Below, piece by piece: positions 17,841 through 28,161 of a DNA stretch of 48,503 nt; within the stretch, counting starts at the first letter, position 1; every line of letters starts with the position of its first letter. This DNA comes from Candidatus Muiribacteriota bacterium (GTDB taxonomy: Bacteria > Muiribacteriota > Muiribacteriia > Muiribacteriales > Muiribacteriaceae): the NCBI GenBank assembly GCA_051747805.1, contig JBNJGP010000007.1, positions 1-48,503 of the forward strand. Direction: 5' to 3'. The notes below the pieces were generated by a model that made no database searches, was not told the DNA's origin, and saw nothing but the letters and a program-made list of their open reading frames with translations. The translations under genes and the position numbers were made by a program.

Positions 17841-18873
17841 TACTCAACATTCAACTTTTTTAACCCCTGTTTTCATGCCTGTAGGCACGAAAGCAACAGT
17901 AAAAACTCTATCGCCTGAAGAAATATACTCAATGCAGACCGGAATTATTCTGGCAAATACATATCATTTATTCATAAGACCTGGTTCTGATGTTATTAAA
18001 GAGGCAGGAGGACTGCATAAGTTTATGAATTATAATGGTAGTATTTTAACTGACAGCGGGGGGTTTCAGGTTTTTTCCCTTGCGAAACTGAACAAAATTA
18101 GTGACGAGGGTGTTGTTTTCAGGGAACATATTGGAGGAACATATATAAAAATAACTCCTGAAAAATCTATTCAAATACAAAATGAGCTTGGCGCTGATAT
18201 AATAATGAACTTTGATGAATGTGTTCCTTATGAGGCAGATTATAATTATACCAAAAAATCTTTAAAAAGAACTCATTCCTGGGCCCAGAGATGCTTAAAT
18301 TATCATAAAAATAAAGATAAACAGGCTCTTTTTGGAATTGTACAGGGAGGTATGTTTAAGGATTTAAGAAAAGAATCTGCGGAGTACCTTGCCGGGCTTG
18401 ATTTCCCTGGTTATTCAATAGGTGGTTTAAGTGTTGGAGAACCTATGGAATTAATGAAAGAAATTCTTGATTATACTACAGATTTTATGCCTGAGGAAAA
18501 ACCAAGATATTTAATGGGAGTAGGTTCTCCACTGGAGCTTATTGATGGGGTTCTTTCGGGAGTTGATATGTTTGACTGTGTTCTTCCTACAAGGCTTGGG
18601 AGGCACGGAGTTCTTCTTAAAGATAGCGGAAGAATAAATATAAAAAATTCCAGGTTTGTAAGGGATTTTTCTCCTGTTGATGAAAAATGTAATTGTTATA
18701 CCTGTCAAAATTATACTAAAGCGTATTTAAACCATTTGTTTAAAAGTTCAGAAATGTTTGGTCTGAGGCTTAATACTATTCATAATATATTTTTTCTTAC
18801 AAATTTAATGAAAAAACTTAGAAAGGCAATAGAAGAAGGGAAAGAAAAAGAGTTCAGAAAAATTTATGTTTAA
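17782..18873 (+). CDS. tgt: tRNA-guanine transglycosylase
   Basis: TPVFMPVGT, NTYHL, DSGGFQ, GIVQGG, GGLSVGE, DMFDCV, CNCYTC zinc site. Confidence 0.97.
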   Translation: MKFKLKKKSNLSKARLGEISTQHSTFLTPVFMPVGTKATVKTLSPEEIYSMQTGIILANTYHLFIRPGSDVIKEAGGLHKFMNYNGSILTDSGGFQVFSLAKLNKISDEGVVFREHIGGTYIKITPEKSIQIQNELGADIIMNFDECVPYEADYNYTKKSLKRTHSWAQRCLNYHKNKDKQALFGIVQGGMFKDLRKESAEYLAGLDFPGYSIGGLSVGEPMELMKEILDYTTDFMPEEKPRYLMGVGSPLELIDGVLSGVDMFDCVLPTRLGRHGVLLKDSGRINIKNSRFVRDFSPVDEKCNCYTCQNYTKAYLNHLFKSSEMFGLRLNTIHNIFFLTNLMKKLRKAIEEGKEKEFRKIYV

Positions 18874-18929
18874 TATACACATATCCGATATATAGTTTAG
18901 AAAATGATTATATACATGGAGGTGGCAGT

Positions 18930-19037
18930 ATGTTTAATAATTTAGAAAAAATAATTAATGAAATTGAAGAAGAGCTTATGGCTATTGAAAAACAGATTAA
19001 AAAGTTAAAAAACAGAAATGAAAAAAAGACAAAGTAA
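18930..19037 (+). CDS. Unannotated 35-aa coiled-coil-like small protein
   Basis: Strong SD GGAGGTGG; MFNNLEKIINEIEEELMAIEKQIKKLKNRNEKKTK; TCCGATAT at 18884-18891. Confidence 0.6.
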   Translation: MFNNLEKIINEIEEELMAIEKQIKKLKNRNEKKTK

Positions 19038-19695
19038 TATTATTTTAATCGGTTCTACTGGTGGTATAGGTTCGTATTTAAATGAGCAGCTAAAGTCAGA
19101 ATATATAATAACTCAGTATTCAAAATCTTTAAATCTGGATATTTCAGTTGAACAAAATGTTGAAAAGATTTTTAAAAATATCGAGAATGAAAAAGTAATA
19201 ATAAACTGTTGTCTTGCTAGATTAGAGCCAGATAATAATAAAGAAAATCTTGAAAATTTTTTAATTAAATACTATAAAAACAATTTTTTCTCAACAGTTT
19301 ATTTAACAGAATATGCTTTAAAGAATAATTTTAAGGGTAAATTAATTAATTTTTCCTCTATTGCAGTCAACGGACTTGAAGATAATCCTCATTATGCTGG
19401 TGTTAAATCGGCTCTTGAAGCTTATTTAAAGTCAAAGGCCTCAGAGCTTTTAAAAAATGATATAGAAAGTTATATTATAAGACTTGGTCCAGTTGACTGT
19501 AATAAGAAAAATTTTTCAAAACAACTTAAAGAAAAACATGATAAGCTTCAAAATAAACTAATAAATTTTTGTTCAAAGAAGGAAAAAATTCGACTATCAG
19601 AAATACACTCTTTAACAGAGTTTTTAATCAATAAGGGCTGTTTAAGTTTATGTGGTTCTGTCATCCACTTAGATGGTGGTTATGGAGTAGTTTAA
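19018..19695 (+). CDS. Short-chain dehydrogenase/reductase (divergent)
   Basis: GSTGGIG, NFSS, YAGVK (YxxxK), LDGG. Confidence 0.8.
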   Translation: MKKRQSNIILIGSTGGIGSYLNEQLKSEYIITQYSKSLNLDISVEQNVEKIFKNIENEKVIINCCLARLEPDNNKENLENFLIKYYKNNFFSTVYLTEYALKNNFKGKLINFSSIAVNGLEDNPHYAGVKSALEAYLKSKASELLKNDIESYIIRLGPVDCNKKNFSKQLKEKHDKLQNKLINFCSKKEKIRLSEIHSLTEFLINKGCLSLCGSVIHLDGGYGVV

Positions 19696-19698
19696 TTG

Positions 19699-20496
19699 TT
19701 ATAATCGAGGGTCAATTTTTTCTCTTAAGTATTCTCCTGAAAGATTAACTGAAAAAATAAGCAGAAAAAGAACCGTTCCCGGAAAGAACGAAATCCACCA
19801 GTATCTGAACATGTCTCTGCCGCCTGCAATTAAATTGCCAAGAGTTGGTATTTCTTCTTTTATACCTAAATTTAAAAAAGAAAGCGAAGATTCAGTTAAT
19901 ATAGCAGTACCAAATGAGAAAATACCTGTTATAATTATTGTGTTCATACAGTTTGGAAGAATATGGAAAAAAGCGATTCTGAAAAAAGAGGCTCCAAGAG
20001 ATTTTGAGGCTACGATAAACTCTCTGTTTTTAATGTTCATAACCTCGCCACGTATTACACGTGCAATATTGGGCCAGCTGGAAAGAATAATAGCTATTAT
20101 AACATTTAAGCCGCTCCTGGGCATTGCTGCAATAATTGTAAGAATTAAAAAAAAGCTTGGAAAACTCATCATCACATCAATCATTGTTTGTATAATAAAA
20201 TCGGTAATACCACCAAAATATCCGCCTGAAAGACCCAGAATAAAACCTATAAAAATTGAAATTCCAGAGGCAATAACTGCATATAGTAAGGTGTTATAAA
20301 TAGCTTTTGAAGTTCTGAAAAACAGGTTTCTGCCATAAGCATCTGTACCAAATACTGTTGAGATTGAGGGAGAATTTAATCTTTCTGAAATAGAAATAGC
20401 ATTATAAGTTTCTTCTTTGAGAAAAAAACCAAGTAAAGCATATAATAATAGTACTATAAGTAATATTAAGAAAAATGTATGTTTTTTATGCTTCAT
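19699..20496 (-). CDS. Oligopeptide/dipeptide ABC permease (OppC/DppC-like)
   Basis: FGTDAYGR, ARVIRG, ASKSLGA (EAA loop), HILPN, ESSLSFL. Confidence 0.92.
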   Translation of the reverse strand: MKHKKHTFFLILLIVLLLYALLGFFLKEETYNAISISERLNSPSISTVFGTDAYGRNLFFRTSKAIYNTLLYAVIASGISIFIGFILGLSGGYFGGITDFIIQTMIDVMMSFPSFFLILTIIAAMPRSGLNVIIAIILSSWPNIARVIRGEVMNIKNREFIVASKSLGASFFRIAFFHILPNCMNTIIITGIFSFGTAILTESSLSFLNLGIKEEIPTLGNLIAGGRDMFRYWWISFFPGTVLFLLIFSVNLSGEYLREKIDPRL

Positions 20497-21505
20497 TTTT
20501 CAACCTTATTCTTGGATCAAGATAATAGTAAAAAATATCTGCAAATAGATTTGAAATCATAGTTATAAACGCAATTATAAAACCTATTGCCATAACGGTA
20601 GGATAATCCCTTGCAATAATAGAGGTATATCCAAGGCGTCCAATTCCAGGCCAGGCAAAAACCACTTCTATAATAAAACTTGAACCAATAATATTCGGAA
20701 TTAAAAAAGCAATAAAAGTGATTGTAGAAATCATTGAGTTTTTAAGACCATGTTTAAAAAGTACTTTCTTTTCAGTAATACCTTTAGCGCGGGCAGTTAT
20801 AATATAATCTTCTTTTAAAACAGAGCTCATATTTGAGCGGACGTACCTTGCAATAACTGCAATATTAACTATAGAATAAGTAAATGCAGGAAGAATAATA
20901 TGTTTAATTCTATCTGAAAAAATACTGAAAGTGGAATACCTGTCAGGATATAAAATCATTGAAATTGAGCTTCTGCCAGAGGTGGGCAAACCAATTGAAA
21001 TTCCAAATAATCTTCCGGTAATATCAGGCAGAATTACACCTAAAAAAATAACCAGAATAAGACCAAGCCAGAAAGCGGGAATAGAATAAAAAATAAAAGT
21101 AACAAAAGTAATTATTCTGTCAGGTAATGAGTTTATTTTTGAGGCCTGATAAACGCCAACAGGAATTCCTATTATAATAGTGAAAAGCAGAGCCATGAAG
21201 TTAAGTTCTAGGGTAGCCGGAAGTCTTTCAATAATTTTATCAAAAACATCTCTTCCATCCCTTAAAGAAGTTCCAAAATTAAGTTTTGAAACATTTTTAA
21301 TCCATACTCCGTATTCTTGAACAAGTTCTTTTAGGGTATGTATATTTTTTGATAATAGATTTTCTGAAACCTTTGAAGAAGAATCTGGCGTTTCAGGCGA
21401 AAAGTTAATTAAAAAAAATATTAAAAAAGTAATTCCAATAATTGTTGGAATCACAAGAAAAGATTTTTTTATTATATAATTTCTTATCTGACCCTTTCTA
21501 TTCAA
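20486..21505 (-). CDS. Oligopeptide/dipeptide ABC permease (OppB/DppB-like)
   Basis: NFGTS, RLPATLEL, DYIITARAKG, IEVVFAWPGIG, RDYP. Confidence 0.92.
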   Translation of the reverse strand: MNRKGQIRNYIIKKSFLVIPTIIGITFLIFFLINFSPETPDSSSKVSENLLSKNIHTLKELVQEYGVWIKNVSKLNFGTSLRDGRDVFDKIIERLPATLELNFMALLFTIIIGIPVGVYQASKINSLPDRIITFVTFIFYSIPAFWLGLILVIFLGVILPDITGRLFGISIGLPTSGRSSISMILYPDRYSTFSIFSDRIKHIILPAFTYSIVNIAVIARYVRSNMSSVLKEDYIITARAKGITEKKVLFKHGLKNSMISTITFIAFLIPNIIGSSFIIEVVFAWPGIGRLGYTSIIARDYPTVMAIGFIIAFITMISNLFADIFYYYLDPRIRLKNEA

Positions 21506-21557
21506 AATTCAATCCTGTAAAAAATAAGTGTTATATGCTGTCGGATGTTTGCGCCAG

Positions 21558-21905
21558 TCAGCTGCTTTTTTTTACTGCCTCTAATGCTTTATGTCGAGAG
21601 TCGTAAATTTCGAAAACTGAAGAAAGCTGGGTAATATCAAGTATATTTTTTATGAATGGTCTGACATTACAAAATTTTATTACTCCGTCAGCCTTAGTAA
21701 TTTTTTTAAAGATGGTAACAAATTTTCCGATTGTTGCACTGTTAATATAAGGTACTTCCGCCATATCAAAAACAAATCTGGGATGAAAAGTATTTTCAAT
21801 ATTATGAGATACTTCATCATAAAAAAGGTTAATATCTTCATAGCCAATATTGCCTTTTATAACAACTAAAATTATTTCACCAGTTTTTTCAATGTGTAAT
21901 TTCAT
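21558..21905 (-). CDS. STAS-domain protein (anti-sigma factor antagonist)
   Basis: FDMAEVPYINSATIG, ILDITQL..VF. Confidence 0.88.
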   Translation of the reverse strand: MKLHIEKTGEIILVVIKGNIGYEDINLFYDEVSHNIENTFHPRFVFDMAEVPYINSATIGKFVTIFKKITKADGVIKFCNVRPFIKNILDITQLSSVFEIYDSRHKALEAVKKSS

Positions 21906-21912
21906 AGTTTCA

Positions 21913-21941
21913 AGTATAATGAATTAAATCAAAAAAATCAA
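21913..21941 (-). promoter_or_regulatory. Candidate leaderless promoter of the STAS gene
   Basis: TTGATT-N17-TATACT, 7 nt before the ATG; no SD. Confidence 0.55.
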
Positions 21942-21945
21942 ATAC

Positions 21946-21975
21946 TTGACAAATTCTTAATTTTCGTATTAAAAT
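21946..21975 (+). promoter_or_regulatory. Sigma-70 promoter of the TetR-RND operon
   Basis: TTGACA-N18-TAAAAT. Confidence 0.65.
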
Positions 21976-21981
21976 TAAGAA

Positions 21982-21999
21982 TGACCGACCGGTCGGTCA
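21982..21999. promoter_or_regulatory. TetR/AcrR operator palindrome
   Basis: Perfect 18-bp palindrome TGACCGACCGGTCGGTCA just downstream of the -10 box. Confidence 0.85.
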
Positions 22000-22031
22000 G
22001 TAAAATGATTATTTTTTTTAAGGATAATAAA

Positions 22032-22685
22032 TTGAAAAACAAAATTTTTGAGGCGTTTTTAAGTCTGGCAGAAGAAAAGGGAGCCACTAATATAAGTCTT
22101 TCTATGCTTGCCCGAGAGCTTAAAATGAGTAAGGCTAACTTCTATACTTATTTTAAGGATAAAGAAACTCTGCTTTATGAGTTGATAATAAATAAAAAAG
22201 AAGAAACGATTTCGAAAGTTGAGGAAATTCCAAGGCTTGATGTTGCGCCTGAAGAAAAGTTAAGGTTGTTTATTGAGGGAAATATTAAGGCCTATTTTAA
22301 TAATAAAAAATACTGGACTGTTTTTTTAGAAATTTTAATTAATAAATTGATTAAGGATAAAGAAAAAATTTTACAGCTTATTAATTTCAGAACCCGGCTG
22401 ATGAAAACTCTTTCAGAAATTTTTAACCAGATTTTTGAAAAAAGAAACAAAAGACCTGAAGTGGATATAGACCGATTATCCCTTTATGTTTTTGGAATTC
22501 TTAATTCTGTTTTAATTTATTTTGAAACTTATCCAGAAGATCAGGATTATAAAGAACATTTTATAGGCACTTTTTTTCTTTATGGAGATAAAGTGTTAAA
22601 AAGTGAAAATATAAATGAAAAAGCACAGATAATTTATGAAGAAATTTATTATCTGGTTTCTAAGGCTATAGATATTAAATTTTAA
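22032..22685 (+). CDS. TetR/AcrR family regulator
   Basis: HTH LARELKMSKANFYTYFKDKETL; start reassigned to TTG at 22032 after AAGGA. Confidence 0.9.
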   Translation: MKNKIFEAFLSLAEEKGATNISLSMLARELKMSKANFYTYFKDKETLLYELIINKKEETISKVEEIPRLDVAPEEKLRLFIEGNIKAYFNNKKYWTVFLEILINKLIKDKEKILQLINFRTRLMKTLSEIFNQIFEKRNKRPEVDIDRLSLYVFGILNSVLIYFETYPEDQDYKEHFIGTFFLYGDKVLKSENINEKAQIIYEEIYYLVSKAIDIKF

Positions 22686-22698
22686 TCTGGAGGAAGGA

Positions 22699-24003
22699 AT
22701 GGTTTTTTTAAAAAAGATTTTTTTGTTTTTAATTTTTTCTATTTTGTTTGTACAGTTTAGTTATGCGGATAATATTGATTTAGAAGAAGTTTTAAATATT
22801 ATTCAAAACAAGAATCCGCAGCTTCAGGCTGCAAAACTTCAGCTTGAGCAGAGCAGAATGGACGTTAAAAAGACCCAGAACAAATGGGTTCCTGAGTTAA
22901 GTTTTTCATATAGACACTCTGAAGATGAGAAAAGAAAATCATCTTTGCCAAAACAGGAATCTGGGGTTTTTTCTATTAATTTTGCCCAAACTTATCCGGG
23001 TATTTTTAAAACTACAGCAACTCTTGTTGATATTGAAAAATTGAAATATAAAAAAGCTGAAATTGAATATAATAATCAGAAAAACAGTATTTTAAAAAAG
23101 GGAATAAACTTCTATTTTGGGCTGATTTCGGCCAAGAATGAAATTAATATTCATCAGGAGAACCTCTATTTAATTAATGAACTTTTAAACGTTACAAAAA
23201 TTAATGAAGAGGCGGGTTTTGGTTTGTATTCTGATATTTTAAGGGTTGAATCTGAAAAAATTTCAATTGAGCTTAATTTAATAGAGGCAAAAAATAAATA
23301 TGAAAACCTCTTGAGGCAGTTCAAAGCTTTTTTAAATATGGATGAAGAGACTGCTCTTGAGCTGGACTCAAATTTCAAATTCAAAAAAGCTGATTTAAAC
23401 ACCTGTAAAATTAATGACGGTTTAATAAAAGAGCTACCCGAAATTAATTTATTAAAAAAAGATATGAATATTTTAAAAAACAGTATGAAAACTTCCAGAC
23501 AATCAAAGTTACCTGTTGTTAATTTTGATTTATCTGCTACCAGAGCAGATTCTGTTTCTGATCCTGCTATGAAAAATCAGATAGAGAATGAATATTCTCT
23601 TTCAGTTGTTTTAAGTCAGCTTCTCTATGATTCGGGGACAACAGGATTACAGTATAAACAGGCAAAAAAAATGTACGAGGCTGCCCAGATAAACTTTAAT
23701 TATCAGAAAAGACAAAAACTAGCAGAAATTTTAAATGTAAAAAATAATTATAATGAATCTCTTGAGCAGGTAAGAGGAATCAAAAAATCCGTTGAACATG
23801 CAGAAGAAAATATGAGACTTGTTGCAGAACGTTTTAAACAGGGAGATGCGGGGGTTGTTGAGCTTATAGACGCTCAGGTGCTTATTACAAGTATAAGGCA
23901 GCGTGAGCTGGGAGCATATTATCAGGAACGGATCAGATTAACTGATTTTTATATAAAAACAAATCAAATTGAACAACTCTGGAGGTTAGATGATGAAAGT
24001 TAA
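22699..24003 (+). CDS. TolC-family outer membrane efflux protein
   Basis: Signal peptide, NPQL, RFKQG...ELIDAQ; operon context. Confidence 0.88.
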   Translation: MVFLKKIFLFLIFSILFVQFSYADNIDLEEVLNIIQNKNPQLQAAKLQLEQSRMDVKKTQNKWVPELSFSYRHSEDEKRKSSLPKQESGVFSINFAQTYPGIFKTTATLVDIEKLKYKKAEIEYNNQKNSILKKGINFYFGLISAKNEINIHQENLYLINELLNVTKINEEAGFGLYSDILRVESEKISIELNLIEAKNKYENLLRQFKAFLNMDEETALELDSNFKFKKADLNTCKINDGLIKELPEINLLKKDMNILKNSMKTSRQSKLPVVNFDLSATRADSVSDPAMKNQIENEYSLSVVLSQLLYDSGTTGLQYKQAKKMYEAAQINFNYQKRQKLAEILNVKNNYNESLEQVRGIKKSVEHAEENMRLVAERFKQGDAGVVELIDAQVLITSIRQRELGAYYQERIRLTDFYIKTNQIEQLWRLDDES

Positions 24004-25054
24004 AAAAATACTTGTTCTGGTTATTTTTACTGTTTTAATTTCAGGTTGCGGAGGAAGTGAAGAAACTGACGAAAACAGCAATAAGGCTGAAGAAAACATA
24101 AAAAATGTTGTAGTTGATACTCCGTTTATGGGTAGTATAAGTAATAGAGTTCAGTTTAATGGTGAAGTTAAACCTGAAACCGATTTTTGGGTTTCGGCTA
24201 AAATAGCTGAAAAAATCAAAAGTATAAAAGTCGAAAACGGAAGTTATGTTAATAAAGGAGAAGTTCTTTTTGAACTGCATTCGCTTACACAGGAAAAATC
24301 ATATGAATCGGCAAAAGCCCGATATCAGTCGGCCAAAAGCCAGTATGATTTAAGAAAGAAGGATTTAGAAAGAAATAAAATTCTTTTTGAAAAAAGGGTT
24401 ATTAATGAAACCACCTTTGATAATATTCAAAATGCCTATGAGGCAGCGGCAAACTCTAAAACTGAGGCATATTCTGCGTATGTTATTGCCGGAGATAATC
24501 TGGAAAATACTAAGATTACAGCTCCGGTCGATGGTTTTTTTGTTGATAAAAAGGGCGAAACAGGGCAGATGATTAATCCCGGCTTTGTTTTTGGTAGAGT
24601 AATAGTTGCTGATACTGTTTTTGTTGAAACTTTTGTATCCAGAGAACAGATTTGTGAGCTTGAAATTGGTACAAAGGCAGAAATTGAAAATAAATTCGGA
24701 GAAATTATTTCAGCTAATATGGCAGCTGATAGAGTTTCCAGAAATTTTAAGGTTAAAATAAAAATAGATAATGAAACTGGATGTTTAAAACCAAACTCTT
24801 TTGTTTCGGGTGAATTTCTAACTCAGATAAGGGAAAATGTGCCTTTGATTTTAAAAGACAGTGTGCTGTTTGATGAGGAGGGCTATTTTATTTTTACTGT
24901 TGAAAATAAAAGGGCAGTTAAAAAAAGAATTACTATTGAGGCTTCCTCTAACGGAGAAATATTTTCGCCAGAAATTAAGCGGGACTGTAAAGTTGTTGTT
25001 TCTGGGCAGTCTGTTATAGAGGATGGAGATAAAATTAGAATTGTAGAGGAGTAA
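23990..25054 (+). CDS. RND periplasmic adaptor (membrane fusion) lipoprotein
   Basis: Lipobox ISGC, VENGSYVNKGEVL, ITAPVDG, VVSGQ. Confidence 0.9.
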   Translation: MMKVKKILVLVIFTVLISGCGGSEETDENSNKAEENIKNVVVDTPFMGSISNRVQFNGEVKPETDFWVSAKIAEKIKSIKVENGSYVNKGEVLFELHSLTQEKSYESAKARYQSAKSQYDLRKKDLERNKILFEKRVINETTFDNIQNAYEAAANSKTEAYSAYVIAGDNLENTKITAPVDGFFVDKKGETGQMINPGFVFGRVIVADTVFVETFVSREQICELEIGTKAEIENKFGEIISANMAADRVSRNFKVKIKIDNETGCLKPNSFVSGEFLTQIRENVPLILKDSVLFDEEGYFIFTVENKRAVKKRITIEASSNGEIFSPEIKRDCKVVVSGQSVIEDGDKIRIVEE

Positions 25055-25057
25055 TTT

Positions 25058-28000
25058 ATGAGTATTTCAAATTTATCAATAAATAGACCTGTAACTATTT
25101 TAATGATAGTTCTGGCAATTGTATTTGTCGGATTAATTGCACTTAATGCTTTAAATGTTGCACTTTTTCCAGATGTTGATTTTCCAATTGCTTTTGTTCA
25201 GGTTTCATATCCGGGGGTTGACCCGGCTGAAATGGAGAATATAGTAACCCGGCCCCTTGAAGACGAGATTGCAACAGTGAGTAACCTTGATGAAATGACT
25301 TCTTACTCAGTAGAAGGTTTTTCACAGATAGTTGTTCAGTTTGAATGGGGCTCAGATATTGATGTTGGAGCCGCTGATTTACGTGAAAAAGTTGATATTG
25401 CCAGAAAAAGACTTCCGCGGGATATTGAGCAGATTATTGTACAGAAGGTGAATATGGACTCAATGCCTGTTATGACCTTAGCTGTAGCAGGTGGCGACGA
25501 CCCTGTTTCTCTGAGAAGTTTTGTAGATGATGATGTTAGACATTATATTGAAAGTTCATATGGGGTTGCGAATGTTAATTTATCAGGCGGGCTTGAAAGA
25601 GAAATACAAATAGACGTTGATTTGTTTAAATTAACTGAATATAATTTATCTATAAATGACATAAACCAGGCACTTTCCTCTGATAATATGAACCTGCCTG
25701 TTGGTGATGTTGAAGAAGGCCAGTTTAAATATCTTGTCAGGGCCGAAAGTGAAGTGGAGAGTGTAAAAGAGCTTGAAGAGATAACAGTTACTCAAATAGG
25801 AAACTCAATTATAAAGTTAGGTGATGTAGCGAGTGTAAATGACACACATGCAGACATAGATAGTTTCTCAAGATTTAACCTTTCAGATAGTGTTAATATT
25901 TCGATTCAGGCAGAAACAGGAGCAAACCCTGTAAATATATCAGATGAAATACATAAATTGGTTCAAACTTTAAGAGATAGATTTCCAGAATATCAGTTCG
26001 AGGTTGGTCAGGATAATTCAGAGTTTATAAGAGATTCAATTAATATGGTTTCTACAAATGCTCTTGCAGGAGCTATACTTGCCTCAATTGTTCTGTTTTT
26101 ATTTTTAAAAAATCTGAGAAGCACTATTATTATTGCAATTGCTATTCCAATTTCAATTGTTGCAACTTTTTCAATGATTTATTTAAGAGAGGGAATGACG
26201 CTTAACTTAATGACACTTGGTGGACTTGCTCTTGGAATAGGTATGATTCTGGATAATTCAGTGGTTGTTCTTGAAAATGTATACAGGCACTTTTTTGACA
26301 ACAATGATAAAAGTAAAAAAGAAAATGCTTCAATTGGAGCAAATGAAGTAGCTTTGCCTGTGTTGGCCTCAACTCTTACAACAATTGCAGTTTTTGCTCC
26401 GCTTGGTTTTGTTCCGGGGATAGTAGGAGAAATATTTTTAAATATGGCTTTAACTATAGTGTTCTCGCTTGTTTCTTCCTATTTTGCCGCTTTTACAGTC
26501 ATTCCGGCGTTAGCTTCCAAAATTCTTCAAGTTAATAGAAATAAAAAAGATGATGGATTTATATTTAGATATGTAAAAAAATATTACAGTATTTTACTTT
26601 CTTATATTATATCTTCAAAATTAAGGCTTAGTTTTTACTTTTTTGCAATTATAATACTTTTTTTCCTCTCGTTAACAATGTTTCCGCCCACAGAATTTTT
26701 TCCAGATCTTGATCAGGGAGAGTTTGAAATCGGGCTGGAATTTGCTTCAGGAACTAAAATAAAAGACGTAGATAAAACTGTTACAAGGTATGAGAATATT
26801 CTATTAAACCGTGAAGAAGTTGAAAAAGTTATAACAAATGTAAATCTTGGGGAGGCAACTTTAAGAGTAACTCTGATACCGGTAGAAGAAAGAGATATTA
26901 CAGTTAATGAAATGATGAACTATATGCGTACAGAAACTGCACATTTACCTAACATATTGTATGCCAACTACAGCGAGCCTGAAATGGGACCGCCCACAGG
27001 TGGGAAACCTATTCAAATTGATGTTTACGGACAGGAATATGAAAAAATTGAGCATTACTGTCAGGAGATTGGTGAGATTTTATCTAAAATAGAAGGTATA
27101 GAAGACCTAGATGATGGTGTAAAAAGGGGAAGGCCTGAGGTTAGATTAAGATTTGACAGAGATAAAATTCAGGATCTTGGATTAAGTTTTGGGGAAGTTT
27201 CCTCTGCATTAAGAACCTATGTTTTTGGAAATATTGCCGGAAAATATAAAGAGGATAATCTTGAATATGATATCAGAGTTAAACTTGAGGATTATTTTGT
27301 TGATAGTATTTCAAAAATACAAAATTTAAGAATGTACTTAAAAGGAAAAACAGTTGTGCTTTCAGAAGTGGCTGAAGTAGAACTCGATTACGGTTATACT
27401 ACTATTCAGAGAGAAGATAAAAGAAGAGTTCTTTCTGTTGGTGCCGATATTTATGGACGTCCTATGGGAATGATTGTTGCAGACATACAGGAAGCTTTAT
27501 CTGACTATCAAATGCAGGAAGGATATGAATTTAAATTAGGCGGTGATGAAGAAGAACGCCAGGAGGCGTTTGGAGATTTATTTCTTGCCCTCATTGCTGC
27601 TATTGTTCTTGTTTATATGATTATGGCCTCACAGTTTGAATCACTTGCAGAACCATTTATTATAATGTTTACTATTCCTCTTTCTGTGATTGGAGTTGTT
27701 TTAGCTTTAAAGGTTTCAGGTTTTTCTTTTTCTGTTACAGCTATTATTGGTTTGATTATGCTTGCTGGAATTGTTGTTAATAATGGTATTTTATTAATAG
27801 ACTATATTAATAATCAACGTCGCAGGGAAAACAAAAATCTATACGATGCTGTAATGATTGCGGGTAAAATAAGAATTAGGCCAATTATTATGACAACAAT
27901 GACAACAATTCTTGGTATGTCTCCGCTTGCCCTTGGAATTGGTGCCGGGGCGGATTTCTTTCAGCCACTTGCTATAACAGTAATTGGAGGGCTGTTTTTC

Positions 28001-28090
28001 TCCTCATTTTTCACACTCACCTTTATACCTGTAACTTATGTTTTATTTGACCTGTCAAAAGGTTTTATAATAAAATTAATCAAAAATTAG
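25058..28090 (+). CDS. RND efflux permease (AcrB/AcrD/AcrF family)
   Basis: 1010 aa; LFPDVDFP, GMILDNSVVVLEN, GIVVNNGILL, RIRPIIMT. Confidence 0.95.
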   Translation: MSISNLSINRPVTILMIVLAIVFVGLIALNALNVALFPDVDFPIAFVQVSYPGVDPAEMENIVTRPLEDEIATVSNLDEMTSYSVEGFSQIVVQFEWGSDIDVGAADLREKVDIARKRLPRDIEQIIVQKVNMDSMPVMTLAVAGGDDPVSLRSFVDDDVRHYIESSYGVANVNLSGGLEREIQIDVDLFKLTEYNLSINDINQALSSDNMNLPVGDVEEGQFKYLVRAESEVESVKELEEITVTQIGNSIIKLGDVASVNDTHADIDSFSRFNLSDSVNISIQAETGANPVNISDEIHKLVQTLRDRFPEYQFEVGQDNSEFIRDSINMVSTNALAGAILASIVLFLFLKNLRSTIIIAIAIPISIVATFSMIYLREGMTLNLMTLGGLALGIGMILDNSVVVLENVYRHFFDNNDKSKKENASIGANEVALPVLASTLTTIAVFAPLGFVPGIVGEIFLNMALTIVFSLVSSYFAAFTVIPALASKILQVNRNKKDDGFIFRYVKKYYSILLSYIISSKLRLSFYFFAIIILFFLSLTMFPPTEFFPDLDQGEFEIGLEFASGTKIKDVDKTVTRYENILLNREEVEKVITNVNLGEATLRVTLIPVEERDITVNEMMNYMRTETAHLPNILYANYSEPEMGPPTGGKPIQIDVYGQEYEKIEHYCQEIGEILSKIEGIEDLDDGVKRGRPEVRLRFDRDKIQDLGLSFGEVSSALRTYVFGNIAGKYKEDNLEYDIRVKLEDYFVDSISKIQNLRMYLKGKTVVLSEVAEVELDYGYTTIQREDKRRVLSVGADIYGRPMGMIVADIQEALSDYQMQEGYEFKLGGDEEERQEAFGDLFLALIAAIVLVYMIMASQFESLAEPFIIMFTIPLSVIGVVLALKVSGFSFSVTAIIGLIMLAGIVVNNGILLIDYINNQRRRENKNLYDAVMIAGKIRIRPIIMTTMTTILGMSPLALGIGAGADFFQPLAITVIGGLFFSSFFTLTFIPVTYVLFDLSKGFIIKLIKN

Positions 28091-28111
28091 CTTTTTAAAA
28101 ATAATAAGTTT

Positions 28112-28139
28112 GGAGGATGGCAAATATCTGTCATCCTCC
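28112..28139 (+). other. Intergenic hairpin
   Basis: GGAGGATGGCA / TGTCATCCTCC stem, no U-tract. Confidence 0.6.
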
Positions 28140-28161
28140 TGCTTAAAAGATGAGGCTCAAT

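Noticed and set aside
21981..22031. N-terminal extension MTDRSVSK... of the TetR ORF
   Set aside because: It translates the operator palindrome and 5' UTR; an SD-preceded TTG exists at 22032.
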